Shown here one piece after another: positions 1 to 13,290 of a stretch of 64,000 nucleotides of DNA. The position numbers and the translations under genes were made by a program. The DNA is from Marsupella aquatica. Taxonomy: Eukaryota; Plantae; Marchantiophyta. Below the pieces are notes generated by a model, which made no database searches, was not told the origin of the DNA, and saw only the letters and a list, made by a program, of their open reading frames with translations. The DNA lies in the NCBI GenBank assembly GCA_973895155.1, contig OZ316894.1, forward strand, positions 4,736,944 through 4,800,943, read 5' to 3'. Position 1 is the stretch's first letter. Each line of letters starts with the position of its first letter.

Positions 1-3000
1 CCAAACTTTTGGAAATGAGCTGATAGCTGCTCGGTCCTGTTGCTGCTGGGTGGGATGAAACTGACATACAAGGTGCGCTGAGCACGCTCAGTCCCGAACC
101 CACCACTGCCGCGGCCACCAGTGCCTCGTGATCCATAGCTTGTACCTTCACCAGAACGCTGACCTGCTCCAGCCTCGCCATGACCAGTGCCCCGTCCTCG
201 CCCTTGCGTGGCAGAGGTGCTAGAGGACCCCTTTGGCCCACTTTCTTCCTCGGATTCCACCTCACGGTTCCATTTTCCTTGCCAGGGTCCACGCACACGA
301 CCGACCACCTCATCCCCACCATCTTTTCTCAGCTGCTTTCCACTATGAGGCAAGTCGACGGGAGCATTACTGCGCAAAACTCCATCCAATCTACTTGCAA
401 CGGGAACCACAGGGCCAATACGGTCCCAGACACTAGGTCCACCTTCCGCTGCTTGAGAGCCACCATTCGTATTAGCTCCTAATCTTACTGGCCTCCCAGT
501 TCCAGCTTCTGTGCCTTCACTCCCGTCTCTATTCTCAAGTTTGTCAGGATCACCTTCCCATTCTTGATCTTGGCTTCGCCTTTTGAACGACGATAATGTT
601 CTAAGACCTGAAGATGCTTCAGAACGATCTTTGTTCCACAATGGCTGATCTGGATCATATGAATCTGGTTCAGCCCCTCCGTTCCCTGGGATAGCACCGT
701 TCAGCAAGGCAGTATCTTCTCCCATCGCAGGTAGACTTGTCTCTCGACTACCATGATTGGTCCTGTTAACTAATCCCAAACCAGGCGGCAGCATCGGACC
801 GGAGGATGGCCCAGAGGCTGATCCACCACCTAAACTTCTCCCACTAGGAAGTGATACTGGAAGGTTAAACTTTGACAGGCTCTGAGACACGAACCAGAAA
901 ACAAAACAACAAACAACAATCAGCATATCTGCATATCCCTCGAAATATAATTGTAAAATATAACCCTCGAAAAAATTGTAAAATTCTGCAATTCGATACA
1001 TATCGACGACATCCATAGCCATATGAACACTTCTACTCTGCCCTGCGTTGCACATACACAAACAACCTGCCAAGCTGGCGCCAAATTTTCAATTTACTCC
1101 GACAACGGTTCCAATGCTAATACATTTGAATGTGACATGATCAACAATGATTGTAAACCTCAAGCCTCCAAAGGGTTCAAAGAAGTTTCACAGTACCTGC
1201 ACATCTTCCACAACAATCCTGTTCGCTCCATGCTCCATTGGACAAAGATCCCCCCTCAGACAATAGCCGCGTTCTTCGAAATCTAGGCATCTTGGACGTC
1301 CCATATTAATATTCATGCTCATCCCCATGCCAGAAGAAATTGAAGGTGGCCCACGACCTCCTCCAATTCCTCCGCCGAGAGGGTGAGAATGCTCTAAGGG
1401 ACCATTTCCTAATCCAGGAAGGGGTCCGAATCCTGGCCATGGAGTATGCGGGGAGCCACGACCGGGAATACCTCTCCCAGGAAAGAAACCTGTTCCTGGT
1501 CCAGGAGGAAGCAAAGGTGGAGCAAACTCTGAACCATCAGGAAAAGAAGGTGGCGGGAAGCGCTGATCATGAGGTGCCCAGGCAAGTCCAATACCTCTTC
1601 CTCGACCTACACTGCCACGCATCATCCCATTCGGTCCATCAAAGCGAGACCCAGGACCATCTCGAAATTGTGGACCTGATCTTGCCCGTTGACTACTATC
1701 TGTATTGAATCGACCAGATCCATGATCTCGACCCAACCTTCTATCGAATTTACCTAGACCGTCTCTCTCATTAAGCAAAGCATGGCCAGTAACTCTGCGT
1801 TCATTTCCCTGACGATCAGTTTCTCGAAGTATTTGTCCGTTGTCAATAGCCCTTCCTCGCTTTCTATATAGGCCCCTGTCCACCTCATCCTCACCATCCC
1901 TGTCAAATGAACGAGATCGGGAAACGCGCCGCCTGTGCTTATGGTTCCGGTCATCATCCTCATCATCACTGCTGTCATCCTCTCCTTCGCCAAAAGAACG
2001 TGTACTAGGAAGTCTCTCCAGGTGTGGGGGAGAGGACCTCAATTCTACCACGTCTGTATTGCTAGTAATTACTGATAAGCTTTCAATAGCTTTGCCAGCT
2101 TCCATTTCCTCTGCTGACTGGGGGACTGTACCATCCTCGAGGGATTGAAAAAGCTTTGCAACAAAAGGCTTTGTTCCTGCGCCAATCCACAACCATAAAC
2201 CTTGCGTCAGAAAATCTTGCCGATAATTGACAGTAACATTCACATTCATGCAGTGCACCATCAAATATTCTTCCAGAATAACGGTTAATCTTCGAAAAAA
2301 AAGTCATTTAGCGAAGAAGCATCTCAATTGCGACGCACGGTATCAATAAAAATTGAGTCATTAAGCCCACAAACTCATGAGAGTAAAGCTGACCGCGTCT
2401 GATGTATTGAAAGACTAGGTAGCAAATGGAGATTAAGGCTAAAGTGAAAACAAACTAACTGTATTACACAAGCACATTTAATCGCTCTACCAAAATACTC
2501 CAGCAAGGAAATTGAGAGCAAGATGTGATTGTCATAGTGGAGGTCACACCGCCTGTCTAAGCCTGAGAATACATCCCATGCCCTACAAACGGAATGTATT
2601 GAGTACTTCAGCCCCATTCCTGTCAGAGAGCATGGAAAGCCAAACACATTCCCTCCACACAAGGTTCCAACAATCAGCTTGGGAACCACAACACCCCAGA
2701 GTACCTTCCTGGTGACAAAGAAAGGGCCCTAAACTCACCTCTAAGGTAAGTCCTTCCGTGTTAAGGCACAGCCAAAACCTTCACCCTAAGCTGCCAGCGA
2801 GAAACTCTGAACTCCTGGTTAAACGCCGCCGGAAATGATGAAAATGTCCCAAACGTCATCCAGGGTCACTGTCGAAGATGAGGATATGATGCCTTCTCAT
2901 CAATTTTCAAAGGCAAGGGCATAGGGTAGCTAAGTAAATAATTCTGCCATTACACACTGTGAACTATCCTATAGCATGTCGCAGGAAGGCTGTTGAAGTA

Positions 3001-4267
3001 GGAGAGGGACGACCAAAATCCCATATTCCTCTATTTCAACCATGTATGTGGGACAATACTAACAATAGGGTCTGCACTCTAAGTTGAAGCCATAAGAATT
3101 CGAAGAACGAAGAGTCCCCTTATGCCCTAACCTGGACAAGGAGTTAAGCATGGTGAATAGAAGTAATAAAAGTGATCAGAGCATGTGAAAATTCCAAGCA
3201 GTCCAGAGGCTCGTTAAGGGAAGCTTATTACCATCCCCAAGGAAATCATACAGCTGATCTACACAGAGCTTCTGCAACTCCTTCTTGGGCTTATTATTCT
3301 TCAGAAGTGCTGCTACATAATTTGCGAGCAAAGAAGGATCCGCTTCGGTTCTGAAACAAAAACGAACAAGTCAGTCCTCACTCCTTAGGCTTAGCCCCTC
3401 ATGCACCATCATCTACAGATAACTCCATTTATGGTCTGAAACACAAATGTTACTAAGCCCCGCAAAGATACAGCAGCAATTCACTCAAAGTCTTTTGAAT
3501 TCGAGCTGCACTCCATGGTTTCATTTGAGATACGCGGAGTTGAAGCTTTGCATTGAAGTGAAGGCAATGAAAATGTTCTTTAAACCATTCAGTAGACTGT
3601 CACGTGAAGAATACTAGCTGTAGAATGACGCAACCCATGCGCGCCTATCCAAACCAAGGAGCCTGCATTCAAGATGTCCTAAAGAAGAACAAAGGAAATC
3701 CCCGCACTAACAGGGATCTTCCACACTCAGCTGGCATAAACTTACTAGAGCTGAGTGATGGCAACCGCTCAAACCAGAAAATTTTAATCTTGCAGGTGTA
3801 TCATTCTCAGTTTAAAAGACCACTCCTCTTTAGAACGTTTTATGCGAACCTGAAAGAGAAAAAAGGTCACGCCAATGAAAGTAGACAGCTCGCGGAGAGC
3901 TCGTAGACGAACGGCAGTAGCAATATGATTCAAATTGGATTCACTACCATACTAATCAGACTCACATCAAAGCGAGAGCCCCTTGAACACCTAGTCAGGA
4001 ACACGACTGGAGAAGAAAACGCGGGAAATCCACGCATTCTTAGAGAACGATGGTCGTGAAATGGGAAGTTCTGACGGCCTAAAGAAATGACGGAGAATTG
4101 TCAAATCACAGAAGAAGCCGTGGATCAGGGGTCAAATGGTCTCTGAAAACCAGCGCGGGGATGTTAACCTCACATCCACGCCAAATGCTAAAGCAGAGCC
4201 ACAACACTTACAGAGATTGTAGATTCTTGATTAGATAGCGGTTAAGAGCGCCATCGTCAATCTTCAT
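1..4267 (-). CDS. RBM26/RBM27-like zinc finger CCCH domain protein (PWI + CCCH + RRM), 3' part outside the window
   Basis: Exons on the minus strand: 4267-4212 (MKIDDGALNRYLIKNLQSL), 3350-3232 (TEADPSLLANYVAALLKNNKPKKELQKLCVDQLYDFLGD, PWI-like), 2176-1197 (ends with CCCH finger RPRCLDFEERGYCLRGDLCPMEHG) and 881-<1 (SLSKFNLPVSLPSG...ERAQRTLYVSFIPPSSNRTEQLSAHFQKFG, RRM start). All introns are GT-AG and phases are consistent. The last exon was read at both ends only. Confidence 0.9.
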
Positions 4268-5609
4268 GCTGCTGCTAGACAGGTTCCTTGCAACAAGCTC
4301 CTTCAAAGAACCTCGACACCGACCAACATCCCATTGCCCGTTCCAACCGCAATCTGTTCTCTCGTTTCAGTGAGTCGTTCCTCCGAAGCTCCTCGTCTTG
4401 TCTTCCACAAGAGCTGCTGCCAATCCCTGTACATGTGCAGCACCCATCCGGGGGAGTATATCTAATTCAAACTCCAGCGAAGGTTGAAGCAAAGTATAGC
4501 AGACCGCTCAGCACAGGAAGGTGGACAAGAATGTCGCTGGATTCCGCCGATGCCAGACAGGGCAGAGGCACCGGCAAGCAGAGAGAGTCTGAACAACCTA
4601 AGGATGGGGAAAGAGACGCCCAGTAGGTCAAAACCTGAATAAACCTGAGACGGCACTCAAACCACAATCCCTGAAACGGTTGCGTAACAGCACATCCACT
4701 TCGAGAAACCAGACCTGCTCCAGCTCCGCAACAATTCGCACGTCGTAAACCACCCGACGATCAAGAAAGGAAATGATCGAACACCTAACTCCAACCCACC
4801 ATAACACCCAACCTCTCGCAGAGAAAAACCTAGGCCCCGAAAACACCACCAGTAACCTCCAATTGCCCGCCCTGAATCAGCATCATCGCATCCGCCCAGC
4901 CAGCCCCTGTCCTCCACACTACGATTATTCCCTTCCTTCCTTCCGGTCGACAATAAACCCCTTCGTCCCTCTCCGACGAACCAGCCAACAGAACCAATCC
5001 CCGCCAGTACGAACCCTGCTCCCCTCCGTATCGAAAACGTCGGGCGAATGACCACACCGCGAGCCCGCCCTCAGACTACCATGCCCAAAGACGTGCGAAT
5101 TCGTCCGTTCGTTCGTTGGTTTCGGCAAAAATCAACAAAACCTCCAGAGTGTTTTTCCTTATATACCTTTGTGTGCGTATTCCCATGCGAGACGATGCTT
5201 CGCCGAGGCAGGAACGCAGGTAGGTCAGTCGGTCATCAGTGTTCCCATCCCTCCAGTCGTCAGTCAGTGAGTCAATGCGGGCGGGGCCGAACTGGCACAT
5301 GAGCGGTCACACTAAGAAAAAGGAGTTTCCACGTACCCTAGAGAAGAGCAAATCGAGAGCCGGAGAGACGAATCCGGTAGGACAGGCAGGTACGGGAGAG
5401 AATCAAGCTGACTCTGAAGTGGCAAAACAGGAAAAAGAGAGAGCGAACGCGAAAGAGAGACACAGAGAGAGACAGAATGGGAGAAAAGAAGCTCCTCCGG
5501 GAAGAGGAATGGATGCCGCGACCGATGCGAACGAGGCCGAGGCCGAGGGGAGAGGGACGGAAGAACGGAAGAGGACTTTCAATGGGAGAGGAGGAATGGA
5601 GATGGAGAC

Positions 5610-5690
5610 GAGACGGGAGGAGAGGAGAGGAGAGGAGAGGAGAGAGGAAGGAGAGGCGGGGAAGAGCAACGAACAAAACCCTAATCAGCA
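5610..5690 (-). promoter_or_regulatory. Probable TSS region of the CCCH gene: CT-rich leader and telo-box
   Basis: GA/GGAGA repeats at 5610-5655 (CT-rich on the sense strand) and AAACCCTAA at 5676-5684. Telo-boxes are common at plant RNA-processing and translation genes. Putative 5'-UTR intron ~4430-5335 (donor GTACGT). Confidence 0.45.
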
Positions 5691-5880
5691 ACGAACGATC
5701 AGTTTTTGCACAAATGAGCCCCAACTTTTACGCATCGTGCGTTCATTCTCTCTTTGTCTTTCCTGTATACCGTTTTACACTCTCAATTAAAGTCCTTCGG
5801 GATTTTTCCATTTTCCATTTTCATTACATTCTTGGAGGACAATGCCAGTCAAGATTCGTGTCACCTCTTCAGAAAGATTC

Positions 5881-6240
5881 TCCTCTACTTTTAATAAGTA
5901 TAATAATAAGTATACTATGGCGTGTAAGTGTGTAAAGGTCATGTTTCCATAGCATCATGGTTAACAATAGCCCCTTAAAACTCAAGGTGAAGCTCCTGTG
6001 TCACATTTTCAGAAATATTTTCCTCTCTCTACTTTTAATAAGTTTAATAATAAGTATATTCAGGCGTGTAAGTGTGTAAAGGTCCTGTTTCCCTAGCATC
6101 ATGGTTAATAATAGCCCCTTAAACTTGAGCTGAAGCTCTTGTCTGAGGCCTATCCCACATTGCCCTGTTTCCACCGCATCATGGTTTAACACTAGCCCCT
6201 TAAAACCCAGCTGAAGCTCTTGTCTGGGGGACCATCCCAC
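5881..6240. repeat. Imperfect tandem repeat (two ~140-bp units plus a partial third)
   Basis: CTCTACTTTTAATAAG...GGCGTGTAAGTGTGTAAAGGTC...GCATCATGGTT...TAGCCCCTTAAA...TGAAGCTC recurs at ~5883, ~6025 and partially at ~6163. Confidence 0.8.
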
Positions 6241-8518
6241 AACGGTCTGTAAAGATTTTCTCTTTGTAATCTTTAACTCATTTATGGAGATAATGCACAG
6301 TTAAGATTTGGATTGGTTCATTGCTGAGTTTTTCCTTTACTTTTACTGAAATTAGGAAAAAGAAGTATCTGATAGGCTTTAAGTGCAGTAAAGACCGTTA
6401 CTAGAGCAGTATGGACCATTGTAACCCCTCAAAACTGGAGCAAAAGCCCCCTTTTTCAAGGCACCATGGCCCACAATGCCCCTGAACAGGATGTTGCGAT
6501 ATGCTAAAGCCACTTAGGACATTTTCTCTTTGTATATGTGGTATGGCTTATACTACAGAATCTTTGTATTTGCTACATGTTGTATGCCTTATACTACAGA
6601 ATGGGTGTATTTGCTATATCTCTTGTGCCACAAAATCATGGAAGCCCTAGTCTGAATCTATATAGAAAATTTTGATGTGAACCTACTCTTCAGGACACGG
6701 TTTAGATTGAACTAAGCCTCTAGAACATGACTATCGGGATGTGGGTGCAATAATATATGGAAAATAATGATAACTTGTGAATGCAGTCAAATTTACTTTC
6801 ATGTTTGAAAGCAATGTCCATATGATCAGCTTGTACTGGTATTGTATTTGGGCGTAATGAAGGCCTGTATCCAGACACATGTAAATAGTAGCACCAAGAG
6901 TGTGAAAGCTTGGACCAGTGCCACATTTTAAACAAATGATTTGAATGATAATGACATAGAAATCTGTGAATCAGGGGGATTTGGAGCTTGCTAGGTTGTT
7001 GCACATGTAGCTATCTTAACACCCCACCATCCTAAGATATGGATTTCTCAAAATGTTGTGAGGAATTGTCCAAGGAAAAATTCATGTGATCCTGCATAAT
7101 GGGTCCTTTTTTGTTGAATTGTAATGTAATGAAACAAATTTACAAAAAAAATCAAGCATGCCCATCATGGGTCTACTTAGCTTAAAATTCACTTTAAAAA
7201 GAAAATGGATCTATTCTATTTATTGGACAGCTCTAAGATATCCCTATTTAATTTTTGGGAAAACTATAATTTCTTAATATAGTCTATTAAGTGTATTGTA
7301 TTATAATTTTGATGTACATAAAGTAAGGCCAAAGCAAGAACAGGTCTCAAACATAATTTCATAAGGGAGTATTTAAAAAAAAGAAGTTGGCACATTGACG
7401 AGGGAGATGACGAGTGATCATTAGTGTATCAACTCCCAAAGGAGGGTGTCAGGTAATATAAATTAAGTCAGGATGGCATCCAAGGTGAATGAATGATAGA
7501 AGGGTAGTTTCATTATTGGCAAAATACCTTTTATGTCCTCTGATTTCTAGACCCATAGGAGGAACCTTGTGGTGTGGACTGCAGTGAAGATCAGACGGTT
7601 CCGTATGTCAAACCTTCCTTGCCTTTTGGCTGAGATCAAGTGTAGTGTCTCTGGTCAAACCTGACCTCCTGATTTTTTGTGTTGAGGGGGATGTCTGTGG
7701 TCCTCTTCTGCCACTTTAAATTGGGAGAGAAACAAAGTTCTAAATGTATAAGGAGGTCAACATCCAATTTCACATGGATGAGAAAGCAAAGAAAAAACCC
7801 TTTTGGACAATTAGAAATTAAATAATCACAACAACAAACAACATCAACAGCCACTTGAGCAGGTCAGGTGGGATTCACCATAGAGCAATTCCTGCAGATA
7901 TTTCATCTTTAGCTTATTTGTGGATACAATGTACATTTGTGCCATTCAGGCACAACGCAAACTTGTGACAAGCCCCTGGTTCAACCAATGCACCAGGGCA
8001 TTCTCTTGGTCGGGGCCCATGCAAAGAACCTCCTAGTAGACATCTTTCTCCTTTGAGCCAAACGAGCTAAGCCAAATGTTTCTCTTTGTGGATGGGGAAC
8101 TACTTTCTATTCTTTTTGGCCAGAGATAATGAAGATACTCAAACTGCCCCTTGGCTAAACTGCCTCTTTAAACCAAATACCCTCTCATTGTCTACTCTGA
8201 GGCAACTATCAGTGAGTATTTTTCCAAAATCCATGAAGTGGGTTTAGTCTCCATAACCATCCCCTCGCATAGACTATCTAAAGGGAGTAGATATATGGGA
8301 TTGACATATATCTACATTGGGATTATGGACATTACAACATGCTCAAATTTGAGTGATCATCATAGATCTCCAAGAGTGGGTACTACCACACTTCAATGAA
8401 GACTTGCAGATTTGTTTTGACAAATTGTTGGACCCACCTTACATCCCAAATTTGAAACCACCTCTCTTGGGTACTCACAACGGTGGGCTTTTTTGCGACT
8501 TGAATTGGGGTCGTAATT

Positions 8519-8845
8519 TTCTCCATGGATCTTGGATTTGGGATTTCTTGACGGATTTGGAAAGCTCTTGGTGAGGCGATGAATATCGATATGAATTGTG
8601 ATCCAAATGGTCACCGTATGAGCGAGTTACATTGGATTTAGGTTTCACAATTTTGTTCACATTTTCTGCGCGTTTGGCAATTTTGACATTTTTGCAACTT
8701 GATTTGGGTTGTAACTTTCTCCATGAGGCTTGGATTCATGATTTCTTGATGGATTTGGAAAGCTCTTGGTGAGGCGGTGAAGATCGATATGAGTTGTGCC
8801 CCAAACGGTCAACGTATGATCAAGTTACGTCTGATTTAGGTTTAA
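8519..8845. repeat. Imperfect ~198-bp tandem duplication, probably a TE remnant
   Basis: TTCTCCATG...GGATTTGGAAAGCTCTTGGTGAGGCG...ATCGATATGA...GGTCA.CGTATGA...GATTTAGGTTT occurs at 8519 and 8717. Confidence 0.75.
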
Positions 8846-9149
8846 TCATTTCTTCAAATTTTCTGTGCGATTGGCGATTCGGGTTTTTGCGGGTTGATTT
8901 GCATCGCTGTGGCGCGTTCCTGTGTATTCTGGCGAGCTTTGGTGGCCCTTTGTTTTCAGCGTGCTTTGGGAGTTGTAGCGGCTCGGTCTCCATCGGTGGC
9001 AGGATCTTTACCATCGCTTCTCTTTCGATTGGTTGTCGCCTTTTCTTCTTTGGTTTCACCAAGGTGGCTTTTCGCTGAGTTTTGTGGCCCATTTTGCATT
9101 CCAACATCTTTGGGAGTTGTAGCAGCACGCTCACATCAGAAGACGGATA

Positions 9150-12100
9150 TTCACTCGCACCGACTCCCCAACGGACACATCGACGAACGCTTCAACTTTG
9201 TTCCCTACTATGCCTGCACCTGCTTAACGGTTTCCTAGGCTAACGGTGGCGCCGTTTCTTGGACTGATGCGGTGGGCTCACTCCATAGCCTCCCCTTTCT
9301 TTTCACATGCCTCGGTTGGGCCTTTTGTCGTTTCTTGATGCGCTTGTGCATTTATCGGGTTGTGGCCTGTCATGTCTACGTTAAGAGTGTTGGCGCGGGG
9401 CAAGTGCCCAGCCCCACCACACACTTCTCCCCCCTCCTCCCCCCTTGTGGTCGCCTTCGTGTTTGCTCTTCTTCATTGGATCTCTCTCATCTTCGTGATG
9501 ACCCTATGCCCGCTGCTTTGTCAGTCCCCTCAGTCTACTGCCCACCCCATTATCGCCCCGGCTCCTCTCCCCACCCCATTCCCCCTCTAACCCTCCAACA
9601 TCCTCCTCCGGCCTCTTCATCCACGTCTGTTCGATCCCCACCTCCTGTCCAATCTTTCCTTGCTCCCTCCCTTGACGAGCGTCCCCTACATACTTGTCCT
9701 GACTATGGATGGGTTGGCATCTCCCTCCCTCATCATCGCGGGCGGGGCTGGTGCCATCATCGCCAGCAAGCACAATCCCAACCTCCGCCCCCTCTTGACC
9801 CTGTTAGCTCTGCCCCTCCCTCCTTGAAGGCTCCCGAGCAGGCATGGAGTTGGGTTTGCACTCTAGACCCCCTTCCAGCCTACCATCCAGGGTACATTAG
9901 ACCTTGCCTTTATAACCACATCCCACTGGCGTTGCGCCCACTAGTTCGGTCCTACTTATTGCAACTCATGCAACTTATCTTGGCGCATCCTATAGAGGTC
10001 TCCTATTGGTCTTTACTCATGCTTTTTCCATAGTGGACTCTTACCCTCCCTAGTCATGGTGGTCATGTGGGTCACCGTGAGATAGCCTCTCATATCCATC
10101 GTTTTCTGCAGGGAGATTGGGAGCAACTTTAGGAAGAATACTTTCTTCGTGCTTGGTCCTTTACCGCCCGTGCTTTGTCTGACCCTACTCGCCACTCTCA
10201 TCCTCTAGAGTATAGTCGCCTTTGTCGCTCTTGTCGTTTAGCCCAGGCTAGTAAATATTGTCGGGTTGTCCAGGCCCTTTCTCGCACCACACACCAAGCC
10301 CCCCCGGTGAGATCACCTTGATGACCCTTCAGGATCTCCATCCATAGCCCTATGATCAGCTCCCTTTGTTTGTGGAGGATTTTGAGCCTGAGGAGGATCT
10401 TCAGTTTAGTAGGGACCACTTCACCTATGCCTTCCTCCATGCCCCGCATTGCACAGCTAGTGACCCCTCTGGCTATGTCTTTGAACATTTTTGTGATTTA
10501 TTCCCCCCTAAGGATCCTCAGTTTGGTTTTCTAATGTTCTTCTCCTTTTGCCAATGTATTGTAGCTGGCCATTTGTCTCCTCCTGTCTCTCAGCTCTTGA
10601 GTGCTTCTTGTTTATTGGCCATGGCTAGGGCTTCATCAGGTGTTTGGTCAATAGCTATTGGAGAGGTTTTCTTTGTCTTGTGTCTCGCACACTTTCAACA
10701 TAGTATCGCTCTACACTATCGGATCATCTCTCTCCACATCAGTTTGCAGTGGGCGTTCCTGGCGGTTGTGAGACAGTTATTGTGGGTATTTGCACTACCT
10801 TGGACCTCTACCCTGGGTTGTCCTCCAGGTTGATGTCTCTAATGCTTTCAATATGGTTTCTCGAGCAACAATTTTTTGTGCTTTTAGGGCGACGGATCCA
10901 GACATCTAGTCCCTTATCCCTTTTGTCCATTGTTTTATGGACTCAAGGCCCCGCTCTTCTGTAGTCATCACACCCCTACCAAAGTGTATACCATTCTTTC
11001 TTCTGCAGGGTGACCCTTTGGGTGGACCTCTTTTTGCCATTGCCCATTTTACAGCTTTACGGGAAGCCATCGTGGCCCACCCCCAGTGTATCTTCCCCTC
11101 CCTTTCAGATGACACCCACATCATTGGTCCTCCTGCCGCGATTACTTCTACCCTCGTAATTCTTTCCACCCATTTGATGGGCCTTGGTTTACGGGTTCAT
11201 CGTATGAAGAGTCGTGCATGGAGTCTAGCTGGGTTACCCTTTGATCTTGCGCTTCCTCCTGGGTTCTTACGTCTAGCCGACGATCTTTGGGTCCTTGGCT
11301 CCCCAATCGGTACCGCCTCCTTTTGTCCATCTTTCATCGTTGATGTTGTACAAACTGCCTTAGCCCCTACTCCTATGCTCCCTAAGTTAGTAGATTCTCA
11401 ACCAATATTTGGGATGTTGTTGAGGTGCATCCACCCTCGTGCATCTTATTTGGCTAGGACACATCCCCCTACCAAGGATCTTTGTCTCCACCTTCGAGCG
11501 TTTGATGTCTCCATTCGTGAGACTTTGGCCTCTCTTTTAGGGTTAGGTACGTTGCTCTCATCTTAGTGGCTTCATCGACAACTCAATCTTCCTATTTCTC
11601 AAGGTGGGTTTGCGCTTACTTCCATTGAGCCCCTTGCACCTTTGACCTTTTTGGGCATGTGGGTGACCGCCTTCTCATTGTTGGCCGATCGTTACCTTAC
11701 TGAGGATCGATTTTTTTTCATCTCTCATGGAGGTAGAGGAGGGTTCCCTCCCATTTCAGGTTCATTTGCGCATGACGCGGTCATCATTACCAGATCCTGT
11801 TTGCGCTCTCGGGGGGTTAACTTAGTGTATATTTTGGGGTACCGCGTGCGATCCTAGCCTAATATAATCACACCTATTTTATAATGGGAATATTCCAAAA
11901 ATATTCTCTATTTTCAATATTAATGATCTATTTTACTTTATAAAAGGTATATATAAGAGAATATTTTACAAATATGAGTTTATAATACATTCTTTTGCTT
12001 CTTACGCTTTTAAAAAATTTAGCTAATTTCTACGAAAAATACCTATTTTGGATCGCACGTGGTTCCTAAGATTTTTAATAGTCAACCCCCCGAGTTTGCA

Positions 12101-13290
12101 CTGCGTTACTTTCATTTCAGGAGTTTTTATCCTTGAACCCCGTTTGTCTTCGGGCTAACCTTGTTGGGCGTATGCACACTTTCACACTCTCTAGCATCCT
12201 CTCCAAGGCACCTGACATGGACCGAGCTTGGATTCTTTCTTCCGGAGGGAAGGGCACAGGAGGATGACTTTAGGCTAATCCAGTCATTCCTCATCTGTGG
12301 ATGTCTTTAGCAGAGTTCTCGATAGCCATGCGTCTTCGTATGGGGCTGGCCCACTCACTTCTTGCAGTTTACCTTCTTGCACTTGTGGGAAGTCTTGTGA
12401 TGTCACAAGTGTCCATCTTCTTCGGTGCAGTTTGGGGGGTGAAACTATTATTGTTCACGACGCTATGAGAAATGCGATTGCTCAGGTTCTCTCTAGCTCT
12501 TTGGTATGCGTGCGGTGGGAGGTGGTACTCGAGTTACCTGGTCCTCTATCACAACGGTTATGGGTGGATCTTACCATGGTCCGTGAGGATCAACATACTT
12601 TGACAGATGTAGTGGTGGCAACCCATTGCACCAAGACATCATTGGGACAGCAACAACAACGGCAGGGGCAGCAGCAACAACAAAGGAGGCCAAATATGTT
12701 GCACGAGCTTCATCTAATAGCTTCCTCCTTCATCTGATAGTTTCATCATCAGTTTGACGGGTTTTTTCGACAAGCTGCCCAGGATGTTCATGGCCGAAAT
12801 GGGTCCCACCGGACCCCCGCTATCTGTTTTGACCATGCACTTTCGCCAATGCATTTTAGTCACCTTACAGCGTGCTCAAGCTTAGGTCATCTATCGTCAA
12901 TCTCTTATAGTGGGTGTTAGTGTAACCCCACAGCAGCTAGCTCCCCTAGAGGACATTCCAATCCCACTTGTTGATTTAGTTTTGATACTTGATGTGGACC
13001 ATTAGCATTTTGCCACATTTGCTAGGAAAGGTGAGGAACTCAGTCCGTCTGGGTTAATTTTAGTTCCTCTTTCTTGGTTTTAAGGGGTTCCCTATGGGTT
13101 CGCTTCTTAGTTTTAATTGTTCTTTCTTGGTTTTTAGGGTTCCCTATTGTTCACTTTTTAGTTTTAGTTTTTTTTTCTTGGTTTTTAGGGTTCAATATTG
13201 CTCACTTCTTTTGAGTTTAGTTTTGTCCACTTGGACCCTCCTTTGTTTGTTCTTTTGTACTCTCTTTGGTCCTTTTCTATAAAAAGTTTG
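9150..13290 (+). mobile_element. Degenerate non-LTR retrotransposon of CRE-like (RT + restriction-like endonuclease) clade
   Basis: Ordered motifs across frameshifts: N-terminal Cys/His motif (HTCPDYG...HHRGRGWC), TASDPSGYVFEH, SGVWSIAIGEVF, QFAVGVPGGCE, DVSNAFN, QGDPLGGPLFA, SLSDDTHIIG (YxDD-equivalent), VLGSPIG, LPISQGG, CTCG..HLLRC...HDAMRN (CCHC), RLWVDL...TDVVV (PD..D nuclease), AAATTKEAKY, then a T-rich 3' UTR. Boundaries are approximate and no TSD was found. Confidence 0.85.
11808..12094. mobile_element. 287-bp MITE nested in the retrotransposon, 8-bp TSD (hAT-like size)
   Basis: Left end CTCGGGGGGTTAACT...GGTACCGCGTGCGATCC; the right end reverse-complements to CTCGGGGGGTTGACT...GGAACCACGTGCGATCC (~47-bp imperfect TIR). 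The core is AT-rich. Flanks are TTTGCGCT (11800-11807) and TTTGCACT (12095-12102). Confidence 0.88.

Noticed and set aside
5239-5935. Overlapping 128-183-aa ORFs
   Set aside because: They arise from GA/CT low-complexity leader sequence of the CCCH gene.
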